Assembly: GCA_964016885.1 (NCBI GenBank) | Contig: OZ024743.1 | Span: forward strand, 85,746,001-85,810,000 | Origin: Eledone cirrhosa | Lineage: Eukaryota | Length of the DNA stretch: 64,000 nt | Direction: 5' to 3' | Shown here: positions 26,847 through 43,235 of the stretch, piece after piece | How positions within the stretch are numbered: the first letter of the stretch is position 1 | How the letters are laid out: each line of letters starts with the position of its first letter | Position numbers and translations under genes: made by a program | The notes under the pieces: generated by a model | What the model was told of the DNA's origin: nothing | The model's database searches: none | Seen by the model: only the letters and a program-made list of their open reading frames with translations

Positions 26847-26860
26847 GTATATATATGTAC

Positions 26861-26976
<116 letters not shown>

Positions 26977-27045
26977 GTATATGTATATATATATATATGT
27001 ATATATATGTATATGTGCATATATATATATATGTATATATATATG

Positions 27046-27076
<31 letters not shown>

Positions 27077-27077
27077 G

Positions 27078-27112
<35 letters not shown>

Positions 27113-27133
27113 GTATATGTATATATATATATG

Positions 27134-27220
<87 letters not shown>

Positions 27221-27279
27221 GTATATGTATATATATATGTATATGTATATATATATATATGTATATGTATATATATATG

Positions 27280-27316
<37 letters not shown>

Positions 27317-27323
27317 GTATATG

Positions 27324-27750
<427 letters not shown>

Positions 27751-27751
27751 G

Positions 27752-27783
<32 letters not shown>

Positions 27784-27873
27784 TATGTGTATATAGATAT
27801 ATATGTGTATATAGATATGTGTATATAGATATATATGTGTATATAGATATATGTATATATATATATATGTGTG

Positions 27874-27904
<31 letters not shown>

Positions 27905-27953
27905 GTGTATATATATATATGTATGTATATATATATATATGTATATATATATG

Positions 27954-27984
<31 letters not shown>

Positions 27985-27985
27985 G

Positions 27986-28200
<215 letters not shown>

Positions 28201-28201
28201 G

Positions 28202-28275
28202 TATTGTTATACTTTGGGAGGGTCATGTTGCCAATAAGAAACACACGCATCAGTTGCTTTCACTTCAATTTATTA
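28202..28275 (-). mobile_element. ~75 bp 3'-end fragment of the short HHR element family (also at 33174-33246)
   Basis: Near-identical reverse complement of 44890-44962. Confidence 0.85.
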
Positions 28276-29242
<967 letters not shown>

Positions 29243-29278
29243 GTATATATATGTATATGTGCATATATATATATATAT

Positions 29279-29821
29279 GACATTGAAGAATGAAAGGTAA
29301 TAATAGACGATAAAGGATATTAAGGAAGTAAAAGTAAAAATAAAGATAAGAATAAAAATAAAAGTAAAAATAAAAATAAGGGGTGCTATCAGTCACAGTT
29401 GGGCGGGGTGCTGTCAACATATAGTTACATACAAGCATACACATGGATAAGAGAACAGACAAGAGTAGACACATGGATAAGAGAACAGACAAGAGTAGAT
29501 AAAATAGATGGGATTAGGTAAGAGTAGGTGAAAAATAGGTAAAAAATAGGTGAAAAACAGACTTATAATATATATAAATAAGAAAATATAAAGAAATACA
29601 AAGAAATACATAACAAACTTACATATAAAATATAGGGTAAGGAATGAGATAAAATAATATAAAATTAAAATTAAAAATTATATACATAGAACATAATATA
29701 ATATAATCGTAAAATAAGATAAAATAAAATAAGGTAAACTAAAATCAAATAACATAGACTAAATTAAAATAATATAATATAAGATATAATTAAATGTATA
29801 ATTAAATGTAATTAAATGTAA

Positions 29822-29861
<40 letters not shown>

Positions 29862-30430
29862 AAATTAAATAAATAAATAAAATTAAAATTTAAATTTTAA
29901 ATTTAAAATTAAAATTTAAATTTAAAATTTAAAATTAAAATTTAAATTTAAATAAATAAATAAATAAATAAATAAATGGAGTCAAGTAAGTAAATAAATA
30001 AAATTAGATAACATGAAATGAAATAAAATAAAATAAAATGAAATAAAGTAAATTGAGATAAGATATATATTTTTTTAGAATATATCTCTTGAATATATCA
30101 GGGGCCCACGAAGGCACTAAGTGTCACAGTTATGTGTATCACTTGACCATTTTTAAAAAATATATTTCTTGAAAACATCAGGGGCCCACGAAGGCACTAA
30201 GTGTCACAGTCACCAGTATCACTTGACCATTGCAAGGCAATGGAGGCGTCCCAGGTTGGGCAGTCTCAAAGGTTCACTCGAAAGTCATGGGTGTGCATTC
30301 ACACAGTTGAGCGGTGGGGTAATCACAAACCGGTTCACACCCGGGCAGGAGTCCAATGGTCAGAGAGAGGTGGAAGAATTCACGTGCATTAGCAAGCGAG
30401 GTGCAGGCGGGTTAAAGCAAGCAGACACTC
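29279..30430 (-). mobile_element. PLE family A 3'-region fragment (lacks the HHR end)
   Basis: Colinear with 10422-11672 and the reverse complement of ~36825-37917. Confidence 0.9.
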
Positions 30431-30458
30431 GATAATAATATTCCTAAATTATTTTTTA

Positions 30459-32463
30459 AATATTCCTAAATTATTTTTTAGTGCCTTAAATAAATGCTTC
30501 CCTCCCTCACATATCTATAGTAAAATATTTAACAAACACACCATCAAATTTTCGTATTCTACATCCTCCAATATTTCCAACATCATCTCTAAACACAACA
30601 ACAAAATATTAAATACTAAATCTCTTCCTTCCAATATCGAATTTCATAATAACAGTAATAGTACTCCCGACGTCATTGTAAACCCTAGGCTAACTTCTGT
30701 AAACCCAAATACAACGTCAAACACAACTTCGCTAAATGTTCATAATCCAACTCTAAATCAAGAAACTATTATTCCTATTATTCCTATCGCAAACAACTTC
30801 TCCAATCCAATTCCTTCTATAGATAACACTAGATCACTCATTAATAATCTCTCTAATTGCAACTGCCGCATCAAAAATAAATGTCCTCTCAACAACCATT
30901 GCCTCGATAAAAACTTAATTTATGAATGTAAAATTATAACTAGCACCAATTCCTTCACCTATTTTGGCTCCACTTCCACCTCTTTTAAAGCTCGTCTCTA
31001 TAATCATCATTCATCTTTCAAATACAAACTTAAAAGAACTAACACTGCTCTCTCAGAACTCATATGGTCCTTAAAAGACAAAAACATTAAATATAACATC
31101 TTTTGGAAAAAGATTTCTTCTGCATCCTCATACTTGAACAGCTCTCTATCTAAAATCTGTAATCTCTGCCTAAATGAAAAATTTACCATTATCTCTAACC
31201 TAGATTCTATAATAAACAGACGCTCAGATTTGTTTTCTATCTGCCTGCATAAATTCCATAGAACTTTTCACAAAGTATACAGTTAATATTCAATTCTTTA
31301 TCAATTTAGAATCTTTTCTCAAAGGCACATATACATACACCTCTTTAAAATATACCCATCTACCTTACCTTACTTTAAAGGGCATTATACACTCTATAAT
31401 ACTCGTTTACTCATTACCCTCATTCTATCTTCTCGTAAAATAATAACATTTGTTTTTGACATTTTGAATATTCATCCGCAATCATTATTATTTTTTCTCT
31501 CTATCATAAATCTTTTTAATCTCAATTTCATCCTTAATTTATTATTATTTTTTTCTCCCCATCAACGAACTCATTATTAATACATATCAATTCAATATAC
31601 AAACTTTAACTTCACATTATTTTTCTCAAATCCTTCTACACATAAACCATAACAATTTTTCTCTTCGCTAATTTTGAAATTGCCACAATACATACATTTC
31701 TTCTTTTGACGTTAGAATATTCACCCACAATTATTATTTTTTTCTCTCTATCTTCATACATAATTTCCCTTCGTTAATTTTCAAATTCCTTTAATTTATA
31801 CATTATCTTCCAACGGTTCCCAACCTCTCTATATTAAAACAATATATCTTTTTCTCAGTTATAAAAACTATCTCTTTCTCTCTATCACCCATCTCTCCCT
31901 CTCCACCTTCACTCTCATCTCCTCCCCCCTTTTTTTCATCCTTTCCACCCCCCTCCCTAAATAAAATATTTTTTCCTCGCACATATCCTCCCTTCGTTAA
32001 TTTTCAAAATTTTTAATTTATACAGTATCTTCCAACGGTTTTCAACCCCTCTATGTAAAAAATATATCTCCTCTCAGTTATAAAAACTATCTCTTTCTCT
32101 CTATAACCCATCTCTCCCTCTCATCTCCTTCCCTTTTCATCCTCTCCCCCCCTCTCTAAATAAAATATTTTTCCCAATATCACACATCAATCTAAAACCA
32201 CTTTTCATATGTTGATTTAAAACTGCACTATCAACAAGTGTTTTTTAGCCTTCATATCATGTTCTCCTGTTTTATCTGATGAAAACACAAATATTATTGC
32301 TTGATGATGTTTGTTTTTGAAATGCGCATAATAAAATATATGGAACTCCTTTAACCATCTTTTGATCTTATATTATGCATACTCCAGTCCCACAAACTGT
32401 AGAGTGCTTCTTATCCGATATCTGCATTGCTTTATTGTACTACAATAAAACTCACCTCCTACA
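30459..32463 (+). mobile_element. 5'-truncated Penelope-like element family B (linker + GIY-YIG ORF 30459-31286, 3' region, HHR)
   Basis: KIFNKHTIKFSYS..CNCRIKNKCPLNNHCL..LIYEC..YFGST..FKARLYNH..CNLCLNEK..CLH; missing from the ORF track because it has no start codon. Confidence 0.9.
32268..32338 (+). ncRNA. Type I hammerhead (PLE family B; second copy 43361-43431 -)
   Basis: tgttttat CTGATGA long AU-rich stem II GAAA tgcgcaT A ataaaata; palindromic ATGCGCAT. Confidence 0.85.
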
Positions 32464-32469
32464 TATATG

Positions 32470-32743
<274 letters not shown>

Positions 32744-32865
32744 TGTGTATATAGATATATATGTGTATATAGATATATATGTGTATATAGATATGTGTAT
32801 ATAGATATGTGTATATAGATATATATGTGTATATAGATATATGTATATATATATATATGTGTGTG

Positions 32866-32896
<31 letters not shown>

Positions 32897-32945
32897 GTGT
32901 ATATATATATATGTATGTATATATATATATATGTATATATATATG

Positions 32946-33118
<173 letters not shown>

Positions 33119-33119
33119 G

Positions 33120-33172
<53 letters not shown>

Positions 33173-33246
33173 GTATTGTTATACTTTGGGAGGGTCATGT
33201 TGCCAATAAGAAACACACGCACCAGTTGTTTCACTTCAATTTATTA

Positions 33247-33356
<110 letters not shown>

Positions 33357-33357
33357 G

Positions 33358-33422
<65 letters not shown>

Positions 33423-33423
33423 G

Positions 33424-33454
<31 letters not shown>

Positions 33455-33527
33455 GTATATATATATATATGTATATATATATGTATATATATATGTATAT
33501 ATGTATATATATATGTATATATATATG

Positions 33528-33558
<31 letters not shown>

Positions 33559-33595
33559 GTATATATATATATATATGTATATATATATGTATATA

Positions 33596-33648
<53 letters not shown>

Positions 33649-33991
33649 GTATGTATATATATATATGTATATATATGTATATGTATATATGTATGTATAT
33701 ATATATATGTATATATATGTATATGTATATATGTATATATATATATATGTATGTATATATATATGTATATATATATATATATATGTATGTATATATATAT
33801 ATGTATATATATATATGTATATGTATATATATATATATGTATATATATATGTGTATATATATATATATATGTATATATATATGTGTATATATATATATGT
33901 ATATATATATATGTATATATATGTATATATATATGTATATGTATATATATGTATATGTCTATGTATATATATGTATATGTATATATATATG

Positions 33992-34022
<31 letters not shown>

Positions 34023-34219
34023 GTATATATGTATATATATGTATATATGTATGTATATATGTATATATATATAAATATGTATATATATATATATATGTAT
34101 GTATATATATATAAATATGTATATATATATGTATATGTATATATATATGTATATGTATATATATATGTATATATATATATATGTATATATATATGTATAT
34201 GTATATATATATATATGTA

Positions 34220-34250
<31 letters not shown>

Positions 34251-34257
34251 GTATATG

Positions 34258-34322
<65 letters not shown>

Positions 34323-34349
34323 GTATATATATATATGTATATATATATG

Positions 34350-34382
<33 letters not shown>

Positions 34383-34383
34383 G

Positions 34384-34418
<35 letters not shown>

Positions 34419-34455
34419 GTATATATATATGTATATATATATGTATATATATATG

Positions 34456-34514
<59 letters not shown>

Positions 34515-34515
34515 G

Positions 34516-37323
34516 TATGGATAACCATACGTACACACCGTACCATAAGCCTAATGAATTGCTGACTTACGTGAATACCAACTCTAACCACCCTAGGTCG
34601 GTCATCAGCGGTATACTGAAGGGCGTATCTAACAGAATAAGTTCACTCTCACATAGTGAGGAGGCGTTTGACTCGCAGGCTGATTACTATAATGATGCCT
34701 TAGCTAGATCCGGCTTTAGGGACAAATTGTATTACACCCAGGGAAATAATAGTCCTAATAGTAGCTCTATCAGTGTTGTTATAACACATAATATGTCCAT
34801 TGGTAATGGAGGTGTCGCGAATGGGAGGGTTCTAAATGCCGGTGGAATGAAGCAGCAGGGCACCATTAGTCTAAGTAATAGCAATAGAGGTGTCGCGAAT
34901 GGGAGGTTTCTAAATGCCGGTGGAATGAACCAGCAGGGCACCATTAGTCTAAGTAATAGCAATGGTAGGCCTCGCAGCTCCCCGCATAGACTAGGTGAGC
35001 ATAGTAACCGTAGAAATAATAATGCTAATAATAGTGATGGAAATAGAAAGAATAAAAAGAATAGAAGAAGATTGAATACATACTTCAACCCCCCTTTTAA
35101 TTCTGAAGTGGCTATAAATATTCCTAGGGCCTTCTCTGTGTTAGAAAGGAACTTCCCTCCTGGTAATAGGTACCACTCTATCCTCAATAAGAATGTTGTT
35201 AAACTTTCGTATTCTACAACCCAAAATCTGGCCTCTCATCTGGCCATTACTAATAATAAGAAAATAAAGGAAGGCCTGGGCAACCTAAGCCTAGGGGAAA
35301 ACACGGTAGTGGACAGAGTGGGCCGAAACACAAGTGGTGATCATTCTGAGAATAGCATCACCAGAGGTTGTAACTGTAGAAGGGCTTCAGGCTGCCCCCT
35401 GAATGGTTTCTGCCTTGTTAGAAACATAGTTTATGCGTGTGATGTGGTAACTACGGCGTCCACTAAAACCTATATAGGATCAATCTCCACCCCCTTTAAG
35501 ACCAGGTTTAACTCTCACCAATGCACTTTTAGACATAATAAACTGAGGAACTCCACCTCCTTGGCAGCGTACGTCCACAATTTAAAAAATGCACGAACAC
35601 ATTACACACTTACTTGGCGGCAGGTTGCTAAATCCCATCCATATACTCCTCATAATAGAGTATGTAACCTATGCCTTGCCGAATCCCACTCTATTATATT
35701 TGCTAAATGCCCTCTACTAAATAGAAAGTCAGAAATATTTTCCTCTTGCCCCCACCGAATATTAAGCTCTTTCTTCTACTTTAAACCTATTAGCTAGCAC
35801 TTCCTTATTTCTCCAGTTGGGCTATCTTGTGTAACTGTCTCTGATTGTGTGTAACTGTCTCCTATTGTTGGTCTTCTATGTATATGAGTCGGTGAGTGTA
35901 TACGTATGCCTGCGGGAGGATATTGATCTGGATATTGGGGTGTACAGGTGAGTGGGTGTGTATGTTAATAAGCACCCCTGTTTGGCACAGCGGATGTAAC
36001 CCATCCACGCTCGCCTACCCACCATTGGTGCATTGGTGGGTCTATCCTGACGTGTATCTTGTGGATCTGTACCTCTGTATGCGCATGAGTTGTGATGTAA
36101 TGTATCTATGTAGAGCGTGTACTGTGATATAGGCTGCACTAATAGAAATTTAGCCTGTAACTGTGGGCGGACCTGTGCCATCTCGCCGTAAGCAGTAGAT
36201 ACGTGGCGCATGTACGTGTTGCCCTCCTACTCTGTGGTTTAAGATCTACAGGCTGACTTCTGGGAGCTCTTGCCCGGGGTTGTAGTCTTTCTAGCACGAT
36301 CGGCCTTCCATATATTGACGGTCGTTGTTATGATCCCGAAAGTAACGTTTTGGCCCCGATAGCCCTCCGTAGTTACTAACGGTCTGTGTACACTTAAATC
36401 GGGCAATGGCACGTGCAGACATGATTATCTCCGTAGGAATTCAATTTTATTTTACTACATCTCATCGTATGTATTTATTTTGAATGTATTATCCGTGGTG
36501 GTGGGTCTTGCCTAATGTGGTATTTCTGTGTTTAATATCAGCTTTGACCCGGGTGTCCTACGCTGTGTGTGTGTGCTTGTGTGTCTGTGTATACATTTAT
36601 ATGTGTATGGGTGTAGGTGGTTGTATATGTCTGTATATAAAAAAAAATATATATATGTATACCGTCTCTGCATATGCATGTGGTGTGTATATGTGCATAT
36701 ACGTGCTGAACATATTGGTGTGTACAATCTTGTGATGTCCCAATGCGGTGACTTCATGGCTCTTGAAGCTATTTTTTATATATCTTTTGTCTTTTTATAT
36801 ATCTTTTGTATGCGCTCCAACTGTATCTGCTTGCTTTGGCTAACCCGCCTGCACCTCGCTTTCGGCCTCTTGCTACTGCACGTGAATTCTCCTACCTTCC
36901 TTCGATGCACCTCTGTTTGACCATTGGACTCCTGCCCGGGTGTGAACCGGTTTGTGATTACCCCACCGCTCAACTGTGTGAATGCACACCCGTGACTTTC
37001 GAGTGAACTTTTGAGACTGCCCAACCTGGGACGCCTCCATTGCCTTGCAATGGTCAAGTGATACTGGTGACTGTGACACTTAGTGCCTTCGTGGGCCCCT
37101 GATATTTTCAAGAAATATATTCTAAAAAAATGGTCAAGTGATACAGATAACTGTGACACTTAGTGCCTTCGTGGGCCCCTGATATATTCAAGAGATATAT
37201 TCTAAAAAAATATATATCTTATCTCAATTTACTTTATTTTATTTTATTTTATTTCATTTCATTTTATTTAATTTTATTTATTTATTTATTTAATTTCATT
37301 TATTTATTTATTTATTTACTTAC

Positions 37324-37355
<32 letters not shown>

Positions 37356-37387
37356 TTTTAATTTTAATTTTATTTATTTATTTAATT

Positions 37388-37419
<32 letters not shown>

Positions 37420-38048
37420 TTACATTTAATTATATCTTATATTATATTATTTTACTTTAGTCTATTTTATTTTATTTTAGTTTACCTTATTTTATCTTAT
37501 TTTATGATTATATTATATTATGTTCTATTTTATATAATTTTAATTTTAATTTTATATTATTTTATTTCATTCCTTACCCTGTATCACTATTATCTGTATA
37601 TTTTATATTTTATATGTAAGTTTGTTATATATTTTTTTATATTTTCTTATATATATTATAAGTCTGTTTTTCACCTATTTTTTACCTACTCTTACCTAAT
37701 CCTATCTATCTTATCTACTCTTGTCTGTTCTCTTATCCATGTGTATGCTTGTATGTAACTATATGTTACATACTGTGACTGATAGCACCCCTTATTTTTC
37801 ATTGTTTATTTTATTATTTTTATTTTTATTTTTATTTTTATTTTTATTTTTATTCTTATTTTTACTTTTACTTCCTTAATATCCTTTATCTTCTATTATT
37901 TTTCATTCTTCAATGTCTTGGATTTGTTATTGCTTGTGTGGTATGTAATTAACCTTTATGCTCTGATGAGTCCCACTTATAGTGCGGATGAAACAATGTT
38001 AGCAAGTAAAGATATGCATATGCTATAGGCGTTCTTTGTTATTTATTA
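34516..38048 (+). mobile_element. 5'-truncated Penelope-like element family A (thumb + linker + GIY-YIG to 35797, 2.2 kb 3' region)
   Basis: [15 protein letters not shown]..; YFNPPFN; KLSYS; CNC.....[23 protein letters not shown]; CNLCLAE; CPH. Confidence 0.92.
37954..38011 (+). ncRNA. Type I minimal hammerhead (PLE family A)
   Basis: ctttatgct CTGATGA gtcccac-ttata-gtgcggat GAAAC aat GTT agcaagtaaag. Confidence 0.75.
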
Positions 38049-38072
38049 TATATGTATATATATATGTATATG

Positions 38073-38103
<31 letters not shown>

Positions 38104-38110
38104 GTATATG

Positions 38111-38234
<124 letters not shown>

Positions 38235-38235
38235 C

Positions 38236-38523
<288 letters not shown>

Positions 38524-38550
38524 GTATATAGAAATATATATATATATGTG

Positions 38551-38586
<36 letters not shown>

Positions 38587-38712
38587 TATAGAAATATATA
38601 TATATATGTGTATATAGATATATATGTGTATATAGATATATATGTGTATATATATATGTGTATATAGATATATATGTGTATATATATATGTATATATATA
38701 TATATATGTGTG

Positions 38713-38744
<32 letters not shown>

Positions 38745-38766
38745 TGTGTATATATATATATGTATG

Positions 38767-38823
<57 letters not shown>

Positions 38824-39152
38824 GTATATATATGTATATATGTATATATATATATATATATACGTATATATATGTATATGTATATATATATATATGTATA
38901 TATGTATATATATATATATATGTATATATATATTTATATGTATATATATGTATATATATATATATATATGTATATATATGTGTATATATATATATATATG
39001 TATATATATGTATATATGTATATATATATATGTATATATATATGTATATATGTATATATATATATGTATATATATATGTATATATGTGTATATATGTATA
39101 TATGTATATGTATATATATGTATATGTATATAAATATATATGTATATATGTA

Positions 39153-39183
<31 letters not shown>

Positions 39184-39234
39184 ATATATATATATATATA
39201 TATGTATATGTATATATATATATATGTATATATG

Positions 39235-39267
<33 letters not shown>

Positions 39268-39302
39268 GTATGAAAAGTGTAATTTTCTACACAAAACGAA
39301 GG

Positions 39303-39913
39303 TTATAGAGAAAATTGAGGTTGGTAATGGCACATGGAATATATAAGAGACAGAATACTTTTTTGTGAAAAAACATAATTTTATAAGGTAAGGAAATAAT
39401 AAAGGGTATAAAAAATGACCGGTTTCGATGGGTCTGCAAAAGCCATCTTTTCAAATGTTGATTAATATTAAGAAAAATTAATAATACGAAGAGTTAAAAT
39501 TTGAGACTTGAAAATTCAAGTATAAAATTCATTGTGGGATTTCATAGCAGTTTTCATCTAGGTAGCAACAACAGGTTGACTGCTGTGTCCCTTTCTGGTA
39601 GTGAATGAGAAGTTATTTGGGGTGTGGGTTATTTTATAAAGGTCAGATTTAGCAATCGCCAGCTGCTGGTCAGTGAGGGGGTGGAAGCAATATACACACA
39701 CATATATCTTCCTGTGATGGGTAGGAGAGTGGAGCGTGATAGAAAAGGATTTAGTGCACTTACACCTATATATACACACATACCTTCATCCACACATACA
39801 TACATATACATATACATATATATATATATATATATATACATATACACACATACATACACACACACATACATATACATACACACATACACACACACACACA
39901 TATATATACACAT

Positions 39914-39964
<51 letters not shown>

Positions 39965-40003
39965 TATATATACATACACATACATCCAGATACACACATA
40001 CAT

Positions 40004-40093
<90 letters not shown>

Positions 40094-41883
40094 CCCCACA
40101 CATACATACACACACACATATATATATACATACACACATACAAACATACACACACACACACACACACATATATATACACACATACACACACATATATATA
40201 CACACACACACACACACACGCATATATATATATATATACACATACGCATACATCCAGATACCCACATACATACACACACACACACACAAAATACATACAT
40301 CCACATGCACACACATACTCACACACACACACACACACATACATACACCCACACACAGAGAAATGGCCTTCAAATATATATATATATATATATACATACA
40401 GACATATATTTTTTCCATAATATAAGAAGTTGGGGCAGTGAAATTAAAATACAAGTCATTCTGATCACATTGAGTTCTTCATGTAGATTGGGCCCCGCAA
40501 CCGACAGTGGTGAATTCTGTGTGCGCATATATATATAGATATATGTGTGTGCACGTGCAGGGTTTAACATGGATGTGTTGGTCACACAAAGGCATGGTCT
40601 GTCAATGAATAAACCTGATTCTACAGAATTGGTCTCTGGAACTAAAAGACACCCTTATCTTAAGAGCCTTTCCACTTGAAATAATCAACAATGGAATAGA
40701 CAGGGCAAAACACCTAAATCCCCATCAACTTAACAATCCAAAACAGAAAACCACACTCAACACCCTGCCATATGTATCCACTTTCAACCCCAGAAATACC
40801 GAAATGTTTGATCACCTACACAAAAACCTCCCCATCCTACTTAAAGATGTAAAAATGAAGTCTATTCTTGAAACACACAAGATCCTTAAAAGTAAAAGAC
40901 AACCCAAATCACTTAAACGCATTCTCACTGGACCAAATATACCCAAACCAATCCTCAACCCTACAGTTACCAAATGTGGTAGAACAAACTGTGGAACGTG
41001 CCTCTACCTCACTGAAGGACAAACATTTACATTCAAAGATGGCCAAACATTTACAGTAAAAAACAATTTCACCTGCAACTCGGAGAACTTGATTTACGCA
41101 ATAACTTGCGGTGGGTGCAAACACAACTACATAGGACAGACGGGCACCTCATTACGCAAAAGAATGACCATCCACCGCCAACAAATCCGGGACGCTAACA
41201 CAAGAAAAATCCCCTTGAGCAGCCATATAAAAATCCCCTTGAGCAGCCATATTGCGAACTGCGCAGGAATGACACTACCCAACTTTAAAATCTTCCCCTT
41301 CTACAAGTGCTCAGATTCGTTCACACAACAACAAAGAATAAACAAAGAAAATCTATTCCTTAACAAATTTAAACCAAAACTAAACGGGTTATCACCCCAA
41401 TAGAATTGTCATAAAATATAAACACACATACGCACGGAATCACTACTATTAAAGACCAGAGACCAATTCTGTAGAATCAGGTTTATTCATTGACAGACCA
41501 TGCCTTTGTGTGACCAACACATCCATGTTAAACCCTGCACGTGCACACACATATATCTATATATATATGCGCACACAGAATTCACCACTGTCGGTTGCGG
41601 GGCCCAATCTACATGAAGAACTCAATGTGATCAGAATGACTTGTATTTTAATTTCACTGCCCCAACTTCTTATATTATGGAAAAAATATATGTGTCTGTA
41701 TGTATATATATATATATATATTTGAAGGCCATTTCTCTGTGTGTGGGTGTATGTATGTGTGTGTGTGTGTGTGTGAGTATGTGTGTGCATGTGGATGTAT
41801 GTATTGTGTGTGCGTGTGTGTGTGTGTGTGTATGTATGTGGGTATCTGGATGTATGCGTATGTGTATATATATATATATATGC

Positions 41884-41914
<31 letters not shown>

Positions 41915-42009
41915 TGTGTGTATGTGTGTATATATATGTGTGTGTGTGTGTGTGTGTATGTTTGTATGTGTGTATGTATATATATATGTGTGTGTGTATG
42001 TATGTGTGG

Positions 42010-42105
<96 letters not shown>

Positions 42106-42136
42106 GTGTATCTGGATGTATGTGTATGTATATATA

Positions 42137-42189
<53 letters not shown>

Positions 42190-42258
42190 ATGTGTATATA
42201 TATGTGTGTGTGTGTGTATGTGTGTATGTATATGTATGTGTGTGTGTATGTATGTGTG

Positions 42259-42297
<39 letters not shown>

Positions 42298-42797
42298 GTA
42301 TATGTATGTATGTGTGGATGAAGGTATGTGTGTATATATAGGTGCACTAAATCCTTTTCTATCACGCTCCACTCTCCTACCCATCACAGGAAGATATATG
42401 TGTGTGTATATTGCTTCCACCCCCTCACTGACCAGCAGCTGGCGATTGCTAAATCTGACCTTTATAAAATAACCCACACCCCAAATAACTTCTCATTCAC
42501 TACCAGAAAGGGACACAGCAGTTAACCTGTTGTTGCTACCTAGATGAAAACTGCTATGAAATCCCACAATTAATTTTATACTTGAATTTTCAAGTCTCAA
42601 ATTTTAACTCTTCGTATTATTAATTTTTCTTAATATTAATCAACATTTGAAAAGATGGCTTTTGCAGACCCATCGAAACCGGTCATTTTTTATACCCTTT
42701 ATTATTTCCTTACCTTATAAAATTATGTTTTTTCACAAAAAAGTATTCTGTCTCTTATATATTCCATGTGCCATTACCAACCTCAATTTTCTCTATA
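39303..42797 (+). mobile_element. Penelope-like element family C: GIY-YIG ORF fragment (40639-41403) between ~1.34 kb inverted arms
   Basis: 39303-40639 is the reverse complement of 41456-42797; KCGRTNCGTC linker; LIYAITC..C..NYIGQTG..LRKRMTIH; ENLFLNKFKPKLN. Confidence 0.92.
42642..42690 (+). ncRNA. Hammerhead-like motif, U3-A8 variant (mirror copy 39412-39460 -)
   Basis: aacat TTGAAAA gatgg..ccatc GAAA ccggT C atttt; palindromic ACCGGT; stem I has a mismatch. Confidence 0.65.
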
Positions 42798-42865
42798 TAT
42801 ATGTATATATATGTATATATATGTATATATATATATATGTATGTATATGTATATATATATGTATA

Positions 42866-42906
<41 letters not shown>

Positions 42907-42995
42907 GTATATATATATATATGTATATATATGTATATATATATGTATATATGTATATATATATATGTATATATGTATATATATATGTATATATG

Positions 42996-43026
<31 letters not shown>

Positions 43027-43151
43027 GTATATATGTATATGTATATATATATATGTATATATATATATGTATATATATGTATATATATATATGTATATAT
43101 ATGTATATATATATATATGTATATATGTATATATATATATATGTATATATG

Positions 43152-43182
<31 letters not shown>

Positions 43183-43235
43183 GTATATATATGTATATAT
43201 GTATATATATATATGTATATATATATGTATATATG

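Noticed and set aside
34516-35797. Selenocysteine-encoding PLE, as reported for some Naiad elements
   Set aside because: No in-frame TGA in the visible ORF parts; the missing 5' portions cannot be assessed
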